From Mobula hypostoma (taxonomy: Eukaryota), in the NCBI RefSeq assembly GCF_963921235.1, contig NC_086097.1, positions 65,040,001-65,100,000 on the forward strand: a stretch of DNA of 60,000 nt, read 5' to 3'. Of the stretch, positions 25,165 through 37,699 are shown piece after piece. Positions within the stretch are counted from its first letter, which is position 1, and each line of letters begins with the position of its first letter. Both the position numbers and the translations under genes were made by a program. The notes under the pieces were generated by a model that was not told the DNA's origin, made no database searches, and saw only the letters and a list, made by a program, of their open reading frames with translations.

Positions 25165-28100
25165 TGCCTAGCAGAGCGGTCATCGGCAGAGCAGTCTGAG
25201 GCAAAGTAGAAAGGCTTTGGCTCAACAAGGTTTCAGCGAGAACAGGCAGAGGCAAGGTAGGTAGGTAAGTTCATTCCTTATTTAAATCTTGAGAGAAAGG
25301 GAGTATGTCTACAGAGCCAGTGTTCTGTTTTGGGTGTCAGATGTGAGATTTGCAGGAGACTACCAGCCTCCTTGATGGCCACCTCAGTGCCAGGTGCTTC
25401 CAGAAGCTCCTTAGAGACCATCTTAGGGAACTGGAGCTGCAGCTCATTGATCTCTGGCTTGTGAAGCAGTGATAAGACAGGAGCTACAGGGAGGTGGTCA
25501 CCCCAAGGCTACGGGAGACAGACAAATGGACCACTGTCAGGAGAGGGAAGGAGGAAACGTCAGATAGTGGAGAGCACCCCCCGTGGCCGTCCCTCTCAAC
25601 AATAAGTAAACCATTTTGAGTACTGTTGGGGGTACAACCTATCTGGGGGAAGCAACAACGGCCATGCCTCTGGCACTGAGTCTGGCCCTGTAGCTCAGAA
25701 GGGCAGGGAAGTGAAGAGGATGGCAGCAGTAAAAGGGGGCTCTGTAGTCAAGGGGACAGAAAGGTTATTCTGTGGATGCAAAAAGGAAACCTGGATGGTA
25801 GTTTGCCTTCCAGGTGCCAGGGTCTGAGATGATTCTGGACATGTTCACAATATCCTGAAAAGGGAGGATGAGCAGCCAGAAATGGTGGCACATATTGGTA
25901 CTAATGACATAGGAAGAAAAAGGGAGGAGGTCCTGAAAATAGAATATGGGGAGTTAGGAAGGACCTCAAGTGTAGTAATCTCGGGATTGCTGCCTGTGCC
26001 ATGGTGACAGTGAGGATAGGAATAGAATGAGGTGGAGGATAAATGCATGGCTGAAGAATTGGAGCGGGGGCAGGGAGTCAGATTTCTGGATAATTGGGGC
26101 CTCTTCTGGGCAGATGGGAGCTATACAAAAAGGTTGCTCTTGAATCTGAGGATGACCAATATTCTTGCGGGCAGAGTTACTACAGCTGTTGGGAGTGGTT
26201 TAAACTAATATGGCAGGGGGATGAACCAATATGATAGAGCTGAGGATGAGCCAGCAGGATTACAAGTAGATGATGGGTGTAACATGAATGTAAGGAAGGG
26301 CAAGCCAATGATTGGGTGCAAATGCATTCAGAGCAAAGAGTTAAGTTGTACTGCAGAGGCAAAATTCAAAAGGGCAAAGAATGCTCTTTTGAAGGTGCTG
26401 TATTTAAATGTGTGTGACATCCGGAATAAGGTGGATGAACTCATGGCACCATTAGAGATTGGCTGGTATGACATTGTGGGCATCACTGAGTTGTGGCTGA
26501 AAGAAGGCCATAGTTGGGAGCTTAACATCAAGGGATGTACTTTGTATCAAAAGGACAGGCAGGAAGGCATAGGCGGTGGTGTGGCTCTGTGGGTTAGAGA
26601 TGGAATTACATCTTTAGAAAGAGGTGACATAGGATCAGAGAATGTTGACTCTTTGTGGGAAGAGTTAAGAAACTGCAAGGGTAAAAGATCCATTATGGAA
26701 GTCATATATAGGCCTTCAAATTGTAGCCAAGATGTGGGGTTAAGATTTCAAAGGGAGCTGGAAAAGGCATGTAATAAGGGTAATGGTACAATTGTAATAG
26801 GGGATTTCAATATGCAAGGGGATTGGGAAGATCAGGTTGGTGTCAGATCGCAAGAGAGGGAATTTGTTAAATGCCTATGAGATGGCTTTTTAGAGCAGCT
26901 TGTGCTTGAGCCTACTCGGGGAAAGGCCATCTTAGATTGGGTGTTGTGTAATAACCCTGATCTTATTAGGGAGCTCAATGTAAAGGAACCCATAGGAGTC
27001 AGTGATCATAATATGATTGAATTCAAATTGCAATTTGAGAGGGAGAAACAGTGATCATAATATGATTGAATTTATACTGCAATTTGAGAGGGAGAAGCAT
27101 AACTCACATGTATCAGTATCACAATGGAATAAAGGGAATTACAGAAGCTTAAGTGAGGAGCTTGCCCAGGTGGATTGGAGGAAGGTACTGCTGGGGATGA
27201 TGCTAGAGCAGAGATGGCTGAAGTTTCTGGCAATATTCCACAAGACGCAGGATAGATATGCCCCACAGAGGAAGAAGTTCTCAAACTGCAGAGGCAGGCA
27301 ACTGTGGCTGACAAAGATAGTTAAGGACTGTATCAAAGCCAAGGAAAGGAAATATAAGGTAGCAAAAGTGAGTGGGAAGATGGATGATTGGAAGCTTTGA
27401 AAATCCAAGAAAAGGCAACTGAAAAAGATATAAGGGAAAAGAGGAAATATGAAGGCAGACTAGCCAATAATATAAAGCAGGATATCAAAAATATTTTCAG
27501 TTATGTAAAGAGTAAAAGGGAGGTGAGAGTTGATATTGGACCACTGGAAAATGATGCTGGTGAGGTAGTAATGTGGACCAAAGAAATGGCAGATGAACCT
27601 AATGGGCACTTTGCAGCAGTCCTCACTGTCGAAGACACTAGCAGTGTGCCAGAGATCTGTGAGTGTCAGGAAGCAGGAGTGAGTGCCATTACTATTACAG
27701 ATGAAATGTGCTAGGCAAACTCAAACGTCTTAAGGTGGATAAGTCACCTGGACCAGATGGACTACATCCCAGAGTCCTGAGAGAGGTTGCTGAAGAGATA
27801 ACGGATGCACTAGTCATGATCTTTCAAGAATCACTTGATTCTGGCATAGTCCTGGAGGACTGGAAGATTACAAATGTCACCCCACTCTTTAAGAAGGGAG
27901 GAAGGCAAAAGAAAGAAAATTATAGGCCAGTTAGTCTAACCTCAGTGGTTGGGAAAGTGTTGGTGTCTATTATTAAGGATGAAGTTTCGAGGTACTTGGA
28001 GACTAATGATAAAATAAGTCAAAGTCAACATGGTTCCTGTTAACGGAAATCTTGCCTGACAAATCTGTTAGAATTCTTTGAGGAGGTAACAAGCAGGGTG

Positions 28101-29318
28101 GATAAAGGAGAGGCAGTGAATGTCACTTACTTGGATTTTCAGAAGGCGTTTGGTAAGAAGCCACACATGATACTGCTTAACAAGATAAAATCCTATGGCG
28201 TTACAGGAAAGATACTGGCACGGATAGTGGAATGGCTGACAGGCAGGAGGCAGTGGGTGAGAATAAAGGGGCCTTTTCTGGTTGGCAGCCAGTGACTAGT
28301 GGTGTTTCACAGGAGTCAGTATTGAGATCGCTACTATTCAGTTTGTTGGTCAATGATTTAGATAAGGGAATTGATGGCTTTGTGGTAACATTTGCTGATG
28401 ATATGAAGATAGGTGGAGGGGTAGGTAGTACTGAGGAAACAATGTGATTGCAGCAGGATTTAGACTAATCGGAAGAATGGGAAAAGAAAAGTGGCAGATG
28501 GAATACAGTGTTGGGAAATGTATGATAATGCATTTTGGTAAAAGGAACAATAGTATGGACTATTATCTAAATGGGGTGAAGGTTCAATCATCTGAGGTGC
28601 AGAGGACTTAGGAGTCCTCATGCAAGACTCCCAGAAGATTAATTTATCAATTGAGTCTGTAGTAAAGAAGGCAAATGCAATGTTGGCATTTATTTCAAGG
28701 AGAATAGAATATAAAAGCAAGGAGATAATGCTGAGCCTTTATAAGACATTAGTCAGGCCGTACTTGGAGTATTATTAACAGTTTTGGGCCCCATATCTCA
28801 GAAAGGATGTGTTGGCATTGGAGAGAATCCAGAAGAGGTTCACAAGGATCATTCCAGGAATGAAGGGGGTAACATATGGGGAGCATTTGGCAGCTTTGGG
28901 TCTGTACTCACTGGAATTTAGAAGAATGTGTGTGGATCTCATTGTAACCTACCTAAAGTTGAAATGACTAGATAGGGTGGATGTGGAGAGGATGTTTCCT
29001 GTTGTGGGGCTATCCAGAACTAGAGAGCACAGCCTCAAGATTGAGGAGTGACCTTTAAGAAGGTGAGGACGAATTTTTTAGCCAGAGAGTAGTAAATCTA
29101 TGGAATGCTCTTCCACAGACTGCGGTGGAGGCCAAGTTCATGCGTATATTTAAGGTGGAAGTTGATCATTTTCTGATCGGCCAGGGGATCAAAGGATATG
29201 GTGAGAAGGCAGCTGTACGCTGTTGAGTGGGGTTTGGGATCAACCGTGATTGGATGGTGGAGCAGACTGAATGGACTGAATGGCCTAATTCTGTTCCTTT
29301 GTCTTACAGTCTTACCAT
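25165..29318 (+). mobile_element. Near full-length CR1 LINE with disrupted ORF1 and ORF2
   Basis: ORF1 remnant from ~25305; endonuclease YLNV..IRNK, GITELWL, IGDFN; RT KSPGPDGLHPRVL, NYRPVSLTSVVGK, YLDFQKAF, FADD; tail TCTTACAGTCTTA. Confidence 0.9.
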
Positions 29319-30339
29319 TTCAAGGAATCTTTGAACATTTCCTTAAATCTTTTCCTCAACATACCTCGCTTTTTTTTTGCTTTTTGAGAGGCAGCTCAGA
29401 ACATAGAATGATAGAAACACACAGCAGAGAACTCACTTTGCCTATCCTGACCAAGCCTCATCCTGGTTTCCCTAATTATCTCTCTGTCCAAGTACCATCC
29501 AAATGCCTCCGGTTTCCTCCTACAGTCCAAAGACGTACCAGGTAAGTTAATGGATCATTGTAAGTTGATCCGTCATTAGATTAGGGTTAAATCGGGGTTG
29601 TATGGGGTTGTTGGGCAGTGTGGCTCAAAGGGTCAGAAGGGGCTGTTCTGTGCGTTATCTCTGAATAAATATAAACTAAATAAATGTTGTAATATATTGA
29701 GAATGATTGGTTTGATAGAGGCTGTGCAGATGACCTCCAGTGGAGCCAACTGTCTGGAATAAGAAACTTACTGCTGGGGATGATTGCCTGGGAGAAGACT
29801 TTGCAAAGAAATAATAAAAGGATAAATGACCACGGTCACCATGGAAATTTCAAACAACTTCTTGATACATCAGCCAGCTTCCTGAGCTCCCTACAGTTAT
29901 AGAAGATACAAATGCCATGCGGCTGAGCAGGACTTTTAATTGTATAGCTGTAGTGAATATAGTTCTATAAAAGGTTTAATGGTTTACCAACAAGAGAGGT
30001 GGTCTACATCAAAATCAAGTGGGAAGAGGACAAACAGATTCATTATTGGGCTGTAATTAATCATCTAACACTAAGGAATGGATGTGCTGACAGAACACTG
30101 TAATGCTGTCTGTTCACCATTGCAGAAAATTGTCCCAGTGTGCCCAAATACAAATTCCAATTTGACGAACAGCTGTCCCACCAACCTATCCTTGCTCATA
30201 AGCCAAGTGATAGAATCTGGCATCAATACTGTCATCAAATTGCTCTTAATCACCAGTTGTTGCTGAGTTTGCTCATTCTGAGTTCCTCCAGGATGCCTTG
30301 ACTCCAAACCTTTGGTCAGTTTTGAGTATGGCATCTTGA

Positions 30340-30890
30340 TAAAAGTAAAGTCAATGGGGTTCAAGAGGAAAACCCTCCACTGGATGGGTATTTTGCTCTC
30401 ACAAGCAACTGACGGTCTGTCTGTGCTAAAAGGAAGGATCTCCCAGTAGCTATCAATTTCAATTTGACTGATAATGAAAGGTTGAACAGGCTGAACTGGT
30501 ATCCATTGGAGTTTAGAAATGTGAGATCGGACTTGACGGACACATAAGATTTTCAGTGTCTTGACAAGGTAGACCTGGAGAGGATGTTCCCTCATGGGAG
30601 AATGAAGAACTTGGGGCCACTGTTTAAAAAGATGGATACCCACATAACCCTGAGAAGAAGCAAAATTTTTTTCTCAGCCGAAACCTTTGAAACAGTTTTT
30701 CAAAGGGGCTGGAAACAGTGCTTTTGAGTAGTGTTAAGACAGAGGTAGGTATATCCTGGATAAGTAAGGCTGGGGGTAGTGAAAGATGCCTATAGGCAGA
30801 TAGGTATGCAGAAACGAAGTTGTTAAGTGATGTTATTAAATGGCAGAGTAGGCTTGAGGGTCTGAATGATTCCTAAAGCATGTGCTTGTG
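30340..30890 (+). mobile_element. Old CR1 3' fragment
   Basis: Degenerate similarity to 28800-29300. Confidence 0.55.
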
Positions 30891-31419
30891 TGATTATATG
30901 GCATGTTTAACACTATAGAATGGAGGTAACCTTTTGGGCAGTTGTGATTTCATTGCAGCCTCGGAGTATTATAGTGAAAACAGCTGAGAAGAGTGTCCTG
31001 TACTGAACAATCCTTGGTAATTTTGGCATTGACCTTCCCTTCATCTTTAGATCTTCATCACTCTTCTCTCCTCCACTCAGAAAAATCAATGATGGCTAAC
31101 TATAGATAAGGACAACAAAAATAAATTTAACTATATAAACAAATTAAAAGTTTACCTCCTTCTGGGCAATTAGGAGTGGACAATAAATCCTGTTCGTTCC
31201 TATCTGCCCATGTACCTTGATGGAATAAACTAAGATGTGTAATAGTGCTTCTGAAAATTCTTTCTTCAGGTTCCGTGATCTTTAGGAGAGGAAGAAAGAA
31301 ATAAAAGAAAAAACTGGATGCAACACTTCTTGAACCCATTAATCGTTGGGTAATATCTTAGAGAATGGTTACTATTTGCAGACTGAAAGCTTAGCACTGT
31401 AATTTATAGAGAAACTGAA

Positions 31420-32830
31420 CCTCAGTTTTGTGGAGAATTTGAGCTTCCCAGAAAAATGCGTAATGTCTCCTCTTTGAAAGGTTAAAGTGAATTACAGGGA
31501 GATATTTTTTGCAGAAATTTGTTAAAGATAGAACTGGGATTAAAATGACAAAAAGTCAATATGGATTTCTTTAAGGAAAATCATGTCTGACAACACTGCT
31601 TGATTTTTTTAAAAAGATCTAATTAATTGAATAGATTCGGGAAATCAAGTGGATGTATGATGTAAACAACAGGAATTCTGCGGATGCTGGAAATTCAAGC
31701 AACACACATCAAAGTTGCTGGTGAACGCAGCAGGCCAGGCAGCATCTCTAGGAAGAGGTACAGTCGACGTTTCGGGCCGAGACCCTTCGTCTGAATGTAT
31801 GATGTATTTGCATTTTTAGAAGGCCTTTGATAAGGTACCACATAAAAAGTTAATGTGTAAAATAAAAGCACATGGCATTGGGGTAAAGGAGTCATATGGA
31901 CTGAAAATATGTTGACAGATGGAATACAAAGAATAGGAATAAATAAGGCAACAATGGAGTATTGTACTCAAGCATTAGCTTCTCATACAGACTAATGATT
32001 TGGATGAGGAATCAATGTAATACTCTAAAGTTTACCAATTACATTAAACTGGGTGGGATTATGACTTGTGAGGAAGTTACGAAGAGGTTCCAAGGCACAT
32101 CACAGGATGGCAATTGAGCAAAAATGTGGCAGATGCTACTACAGTATTATACTTAAAATGGTGACAAACTGGTAAATGTTGATGTATAATGAGATTTGGG
32201 TGTATTATACTCCAGTCCGTGAAAGCAAACATGCAGGTACATAAGACAGTTAAATTGGGAAATGATATATTGGCCTGCAAAGTTAGAGGGTTTGACTAGG
32301 GAGGAAGGGCATTTTACTATAATTATACATAGCCTTGGTGACATTATATTCAGAGTAATGCATGTACGTTTAGTTGTGATCTCCTGAACTAAGACAGGAA
32401 ATGCTTTTCACTGAGGGGGTGCACCAAGGCTCACCAGACTCAGCCACTGGATGGCAGGGTGCCATCTGAGAAATGATGAGGGCAACTAGGTTTGCGTTCC
32501 TTGGAGTTCTTAAGAATCAAAGGGGCCCTAATTGAAATGTATGAAATTCTGACAGGATGAGAGCAATAGAGGAAGTTTCCCCAGTTGCTTACAGGTGAAA
32601 TGATACAGGAGAACTTTCTTCACTTGCAGGGTGGTAAAATGTTCAAAGTCATAACCATAGAGGACTGCAGAGGAGACTGGGTAAACCTTTGGATGCAAAA
32701 TGCAACAGGAGATGTGGGAAGAGAGTAGGAACATGATACTGAGATAGACGACCAGGGATGATAGCATTGAATGTCAAAAGAGGATCCGAGAGAGGAATGG
32801 CCTACTTCTGCTCCCATTTTCATAATTTTT
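31420..32830 (+). mobile_element. Old CR1 RT/3' fragment hosting copy 5
   Basis: Decayed equivalents of HGF.KGKSCLT and F.KAFDKVPH motifs, and a CR1 3' end. Confidence 0.65.
31665..31794 (-). mobile_element. Hammerhead-family short element (copy 5)
   Basis: TSD ATGTATGATGTA at 31653-31664 and 31795-31806; minus strand reads GACGA-A-GGGTCTCGGCCC-GAAAC-GTC-GACTG, truncated at the start of the core. Confidence 0.8.
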
Positions 32831-35800
32831 GAAATATATTCAGAAATGATTAAATAATTCTTTACTGCTAATTATATTTGGGCATAACAACTTGTTATGC
32901 AATGTGTATTTGGGAAAACACACTAGATCCCTGCAGATAGAAATCTGAGATTGAGGGTATGTAAATTAGTGTAAGGATAACTTGAGAAATACCTCACAAT
33001 ATTCCTTCAAAAAGACAGAAAATCATCACTGAGAACTTACATATTTGTGAGTTTATTACATTAAAAATACAATTATATGAAATTTTCTGAATGTAGTTCA
33101 GGAAATGTAAAGGTGATGTAACTTTCTGATCATTGAATACCAAATCATCTGCAGCACAATATAAAATGGTATCTGACAGTCCAATCCAACTGACAGTTGT
33201 ATGATGAAATCAGTCTGTTTATAAAACTGTTGTATATACCTGGGCCTTCTCATTGACTTCCGGGAACAGCATTGCATAATGTCAGCATCTGTAACTAATC
33301 CCAGACTGTAGGGAACAATTTTGTGCTGTGCTAAACAAGGTACATATGTAACGATGGCAGAGCCTGCGTGACATTGTGAGAATCACCTGGTGAGCTCTGC
33401 CTGAATGTTATCTGTGTTTATCTGGAGACCTAATTGCCAGTAAGCTAAAGGTTAATATGATATAAATGCTCCTCAGATCACCTTCTGTGAGGAATCAAAT
33501 GCAGCGGATTTTCTATGTAGGACATTCCTAAGATGGCTAATGTGTGGCAATGCAATTGACCACATATGACGTTATTCGTTACTGATCATAAACGCGGAAT
33601 TTGATTTCCTTTAATATCAGAGCTTGCGCTGACTTTTCTTTAGGCTTTAAATTACTTCCAGAGCTAGTGTAATTAGGGCATGAGTGATGTCCTTTTAAGC
33701 AAGAATTACCCTTTCCATCTGTGTAGAAACAGAGTTTTCTGTCACCCACTATTTACCCAAGGGAAGACATTAATATAGTTAACCGCAATCAGAAAACACA
33801 CAGATTTCATCTTGCAAACTTTGTTACATCATTGTAAGAAATATTTTGGTTGCTTCATTTTCATCTAGCTCTGAAATCGCAATGCTGACCACATGTTGTG
33901 GGCTCAGATGCAGGAAACACTAAATATTCATCCAATTTGGAAAGGGCCTCATGCAGCTGGCACAAATCTTTAAGTATCTACTTACTATATTAAGAAATAA
34001 TCTCCTGTTAAGTTGACAAGTTGCCAGACAATTTACTTGAGGGCATCCTACGTATCGCAAAATTCTTTAAACACCTTCTTAAATGCTTGAAGACATGCTT
34101 CGGAACTTTTTACGGGACAGAACAATGACTTTCTCCCATCACTTGATGGGAGAAAAACGTTGAGCATATATTAAACTGATCAGGGGTAATTTTTCCAAGT
34201 CTGCACTGTTAGAGGGGAACCTTACCCATTAGCAGCACATATCAGAAATTCAGGCACATGCTGCAATCATTTCACAAAAATCAGGGCATTAAGTGTCTTT
34301 CTAATAGGCATTGCTTACAGGCAAGTTTCCAGCCAGAAGTGCATACTTGTAAATTAGCCCAAAGTTACATAGAAGGTGCAAGCATACTAATGGATTTTCC
34401 TCTGACTAACATTAAGCAAGGATTTCTGAAGTTGAAACTCACATGGAGAACAACCTTCCTCAACACTCCCAAGTGAGCTCTAGCCAAAAGGATGCAAAAG
34501 TAATCTTCATATAGCTGCGGAAATCAAGAGTATTTATACGTATCTGATAGATTACTTCATTTGGTAGTGGGGCTAAATTTTCTTCCACTTTTTAAACCTG
34601 CTTTTTTAAAGTTAGTAGAGATGAATGCATCTTCAGTCGTTTGTCAAGGTTTGCTGTTCATAACTGCTTCCAGAAAAAATAATGCTCAAACATCAGCACT
34701 CAGGGATGTTTCTTACCCCTCTATCTTGTAATGAAAACACAGGGACATAACAGACAATATCCTTTCACAAATAGTTGCTATGGGAAACCCTAAAAAGAAT
34801 TCAAATTAAGGAATTAACTGCCTAATACTATTTTCATCTCAGTCCAATGGACTACTACATTCAAGCAAGTGCAATCAGGAAGTTCCACAGTAAGAGTTGA
34901 ACAGTAAGAAATGGATGGAATATCTGGAGATCTTTGTCTGACAGTCACCTTTGTTTCTCATCTGAGAACTTTTTGTTTTAATATTGTACCTATGTTGCTT
35001 ATTGATCATCATGATAAACACACCATCCCTTTAATGTGAAGGTGCACATTCTTTATGTACTGAAGAATTTCAGTCAAAATCGACATACTCCCACATCAAC
35101 TCCTTTGTGTCACAACTTACCTTACTACCACAAATGTTAAAAATCATGCAGTTCAGCAAGGTTTAATCACTTTTTTTAAAGCAAAAATATTGCATAACAA
35201 GAACTGAAGTTCATGTCCAGTCACTAATGTTCTATATTGTCTACACCATACTATATGCCTGGAACAGTGCATCCTGATATGATGCAGCTCATAAAATGTT
35301 GAATTGAATTAAAGCGTACCTCAGCACATTTAAAACAGGAGTGGACACACTGCACCTGAGAGAAAGGATGCCTTTTGATGTTGCCCTATGTCCACAGACC
35401 TACGTGACAGATTTCTCTGAGTATCTGCCCATTGCACTGGGACAAGGGCTAAATGGAAGAGAACTGTGAGGAGGAGTACTAAGAATCCTCCCATCTTATA
35501 GAAATGATTATATTAGGCCTCTACTTACTCGAGGGTGGTTAAGTATTTTGGGAGATTCCCAAATCCCTAATTGTTTCTCAATCAAGTTTTGTTCCGTGTT
35601 CTTTTACTATAAAAGAATCATGTTAACGCAACACGATTTCCTACAATATCACCAGATGCACTGAGGAGCGTTCTGGCCTAGACTCCAGGGACAACATTGA
35701 CATTAAGGAATAGGATTAGGTTTTGAATCGCTAACATTTGGGCTACCTCTGGAAGTTGCAGAATGCTGACAATTCCTCACACATCCTGTCGAGAGTTCTT

Positions 35801-37159
35801 TCAGAGAATGTAGAGAAATCCATGTGATTCCTTGGTGAGCAGCTGCTAGCTTGGGTTTGATGTAGCACCACAAATATGCTCAAAAAGAAAACAAAACACA
35901 TTAGCTTTCAACACGTGTTCATGAAGTTATGTCAAGCTATGGAAAGTTTCTAATTTATCTGAATAATAATTTAAAAAAATAAAAGTCTCCTAAATATCTT
36001 TCATTTTCTCTGCCCTCTGACATTGCTATTACCTTTAAGTGCCATAGAGCTCCAGGACATTATTCAAGATCATTAGTGCACCCGGGATCTGATGTCATGT
36101 CTGTCATTATTAATGAGGTCCAACAGGAAATTTTGGCCGTGGGTGCTGTACACTGGACATAGCTGACTTTTGGTCGTTGTCGGAGCAATGTTTATAGGAC
36201 AGATGAGCAGGCTGAACTGAGAAGCCTGAAAATTTATGATTCATCAAACAGGCTTTCTGGTGACTGTCACTCCACTGTAAAAGCACCTACTCAAGCCTTA
36301 GTTTTGAACATAGAGTTTACAGGAACAAAATATTTTACACTGCATGTGAGTGCAATAGCAGACGTCAGTAGCTAAGAAATTCTCTACAATTAGCGGTGAA
36401 TGAAATTTTAACACAATATTACTAACTGTAACATGATTACTATAAGAAATAAATCACCAGCAAATAGGTCAATTGCTATTATTTAGAATCAGCTAGATTT
36501 TTATAAAACAATTGAAGATTTTTCAAGGGGAACTGCATTAATATGTTCATAAGCACATTTCAGAACAACACTACTTTCCCATTGCTTCAACCAAATCTAA
36601 AAGAGAATACTTCTAAACTTCCAGTTTTCTGTTTTTATTTAGTAATATGCCAGATTTTACCGTAACACTCACTAGATCACTAACACATTTTCATTTTTAT
36701 TCAGATGTAAAATGCAAAACATATGTGGGTAGAATCTTTTTCTTTGAACCAATTTCAGTCTTGTTGTGTAGTTATTGTTCCAATTATACTGCTGAAATAT
36801 CATCTGAAATGCATTGAGTACTTAATAAGATTGAAAACATTTTAATAAAATAATGTTCCTGCAAAGTCCACAGATAGGTGTGGCTGAGTGATATCAGATT
36901 AGAGTGGGATCTGCAATAAACACCATTTGAAGAATCTTTGACCTGCAGTCCAACAACATCCAAGCAAGTGGTACGAAAGCAAGTAGAGATATTTTCTTAT
37001 AAATTACTTCAACAAAATTTTAAATCGCATACAGATAACAAAATACTTAAAATCCAGCAATGCAGTGAGTCAGCCACATTGTGCAGTTCTGATTTCCCCA
37101 ATGTTACTGCATTTAACTTTAAAGTTACTGTTATACACAATGTCTTGCACCTGATGCAC

Positions 37160-37432
37160 TATCATTAAGGATGCTCACCACCTAGGGTGTGTCCTCTTTC
37201 TCATTGCTACCATCAGGGTGGAGGTACATGAGACTCAATACTTTAGGAACAGCTTCTTCTACTGCGCCATCAAGCTTCTGAACCCATGAAGACCACCTCA
37301 TTGTTCTTCCTTTGCTTTATTTTTTCATTTTTTTTATTGTAACCTAGAGTAATTTTTTATGTCTTGCATTGTAATGGCCGCCACAAAACAACAAACCTGG
37401 CATAGCTCAGTAATAATAAACCTGATTCTGAT
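37160..37432 (+). mobile_element. Rex1-like 3' fragment
   Basis: Matches the reverse complement of ~7160-7260 (ctaccatcag..., aacagcttc) and ends AATAAACCTGATTCTGA. A similar fragment lies at ~41300-41720. Confidence 0.55.
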
Positions 37433-37699
37433 GATGTCTTGTATTGCACCAAACCCCTGCAGGCTGCCCACTCTGCTGTTTTAATGCCCAATCCAGGATG
37501 TTAAAATGTTTAAGCACGTGTGTGAGATTGATCCCAATCTATGGATGAATGGAAGGTCTTACATTCATGAAGACTCACAACTGTAGGGATGGCATTCGCT
37601 ACTCTTGTCTTTTGACTTCGTAGAGGCTACAGAACAGAATGATAGAAGAGGTTTTCAAACTGTCAGATAACACATGGATGGACCATCTGACCATCTGTT

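Noticed and set aside
34168..34180. ATATTAAACTGAT matches the reverse complement of part of U2 snRNA
   Set aside because: Only ~13 nt match and the flanks do not continue it.
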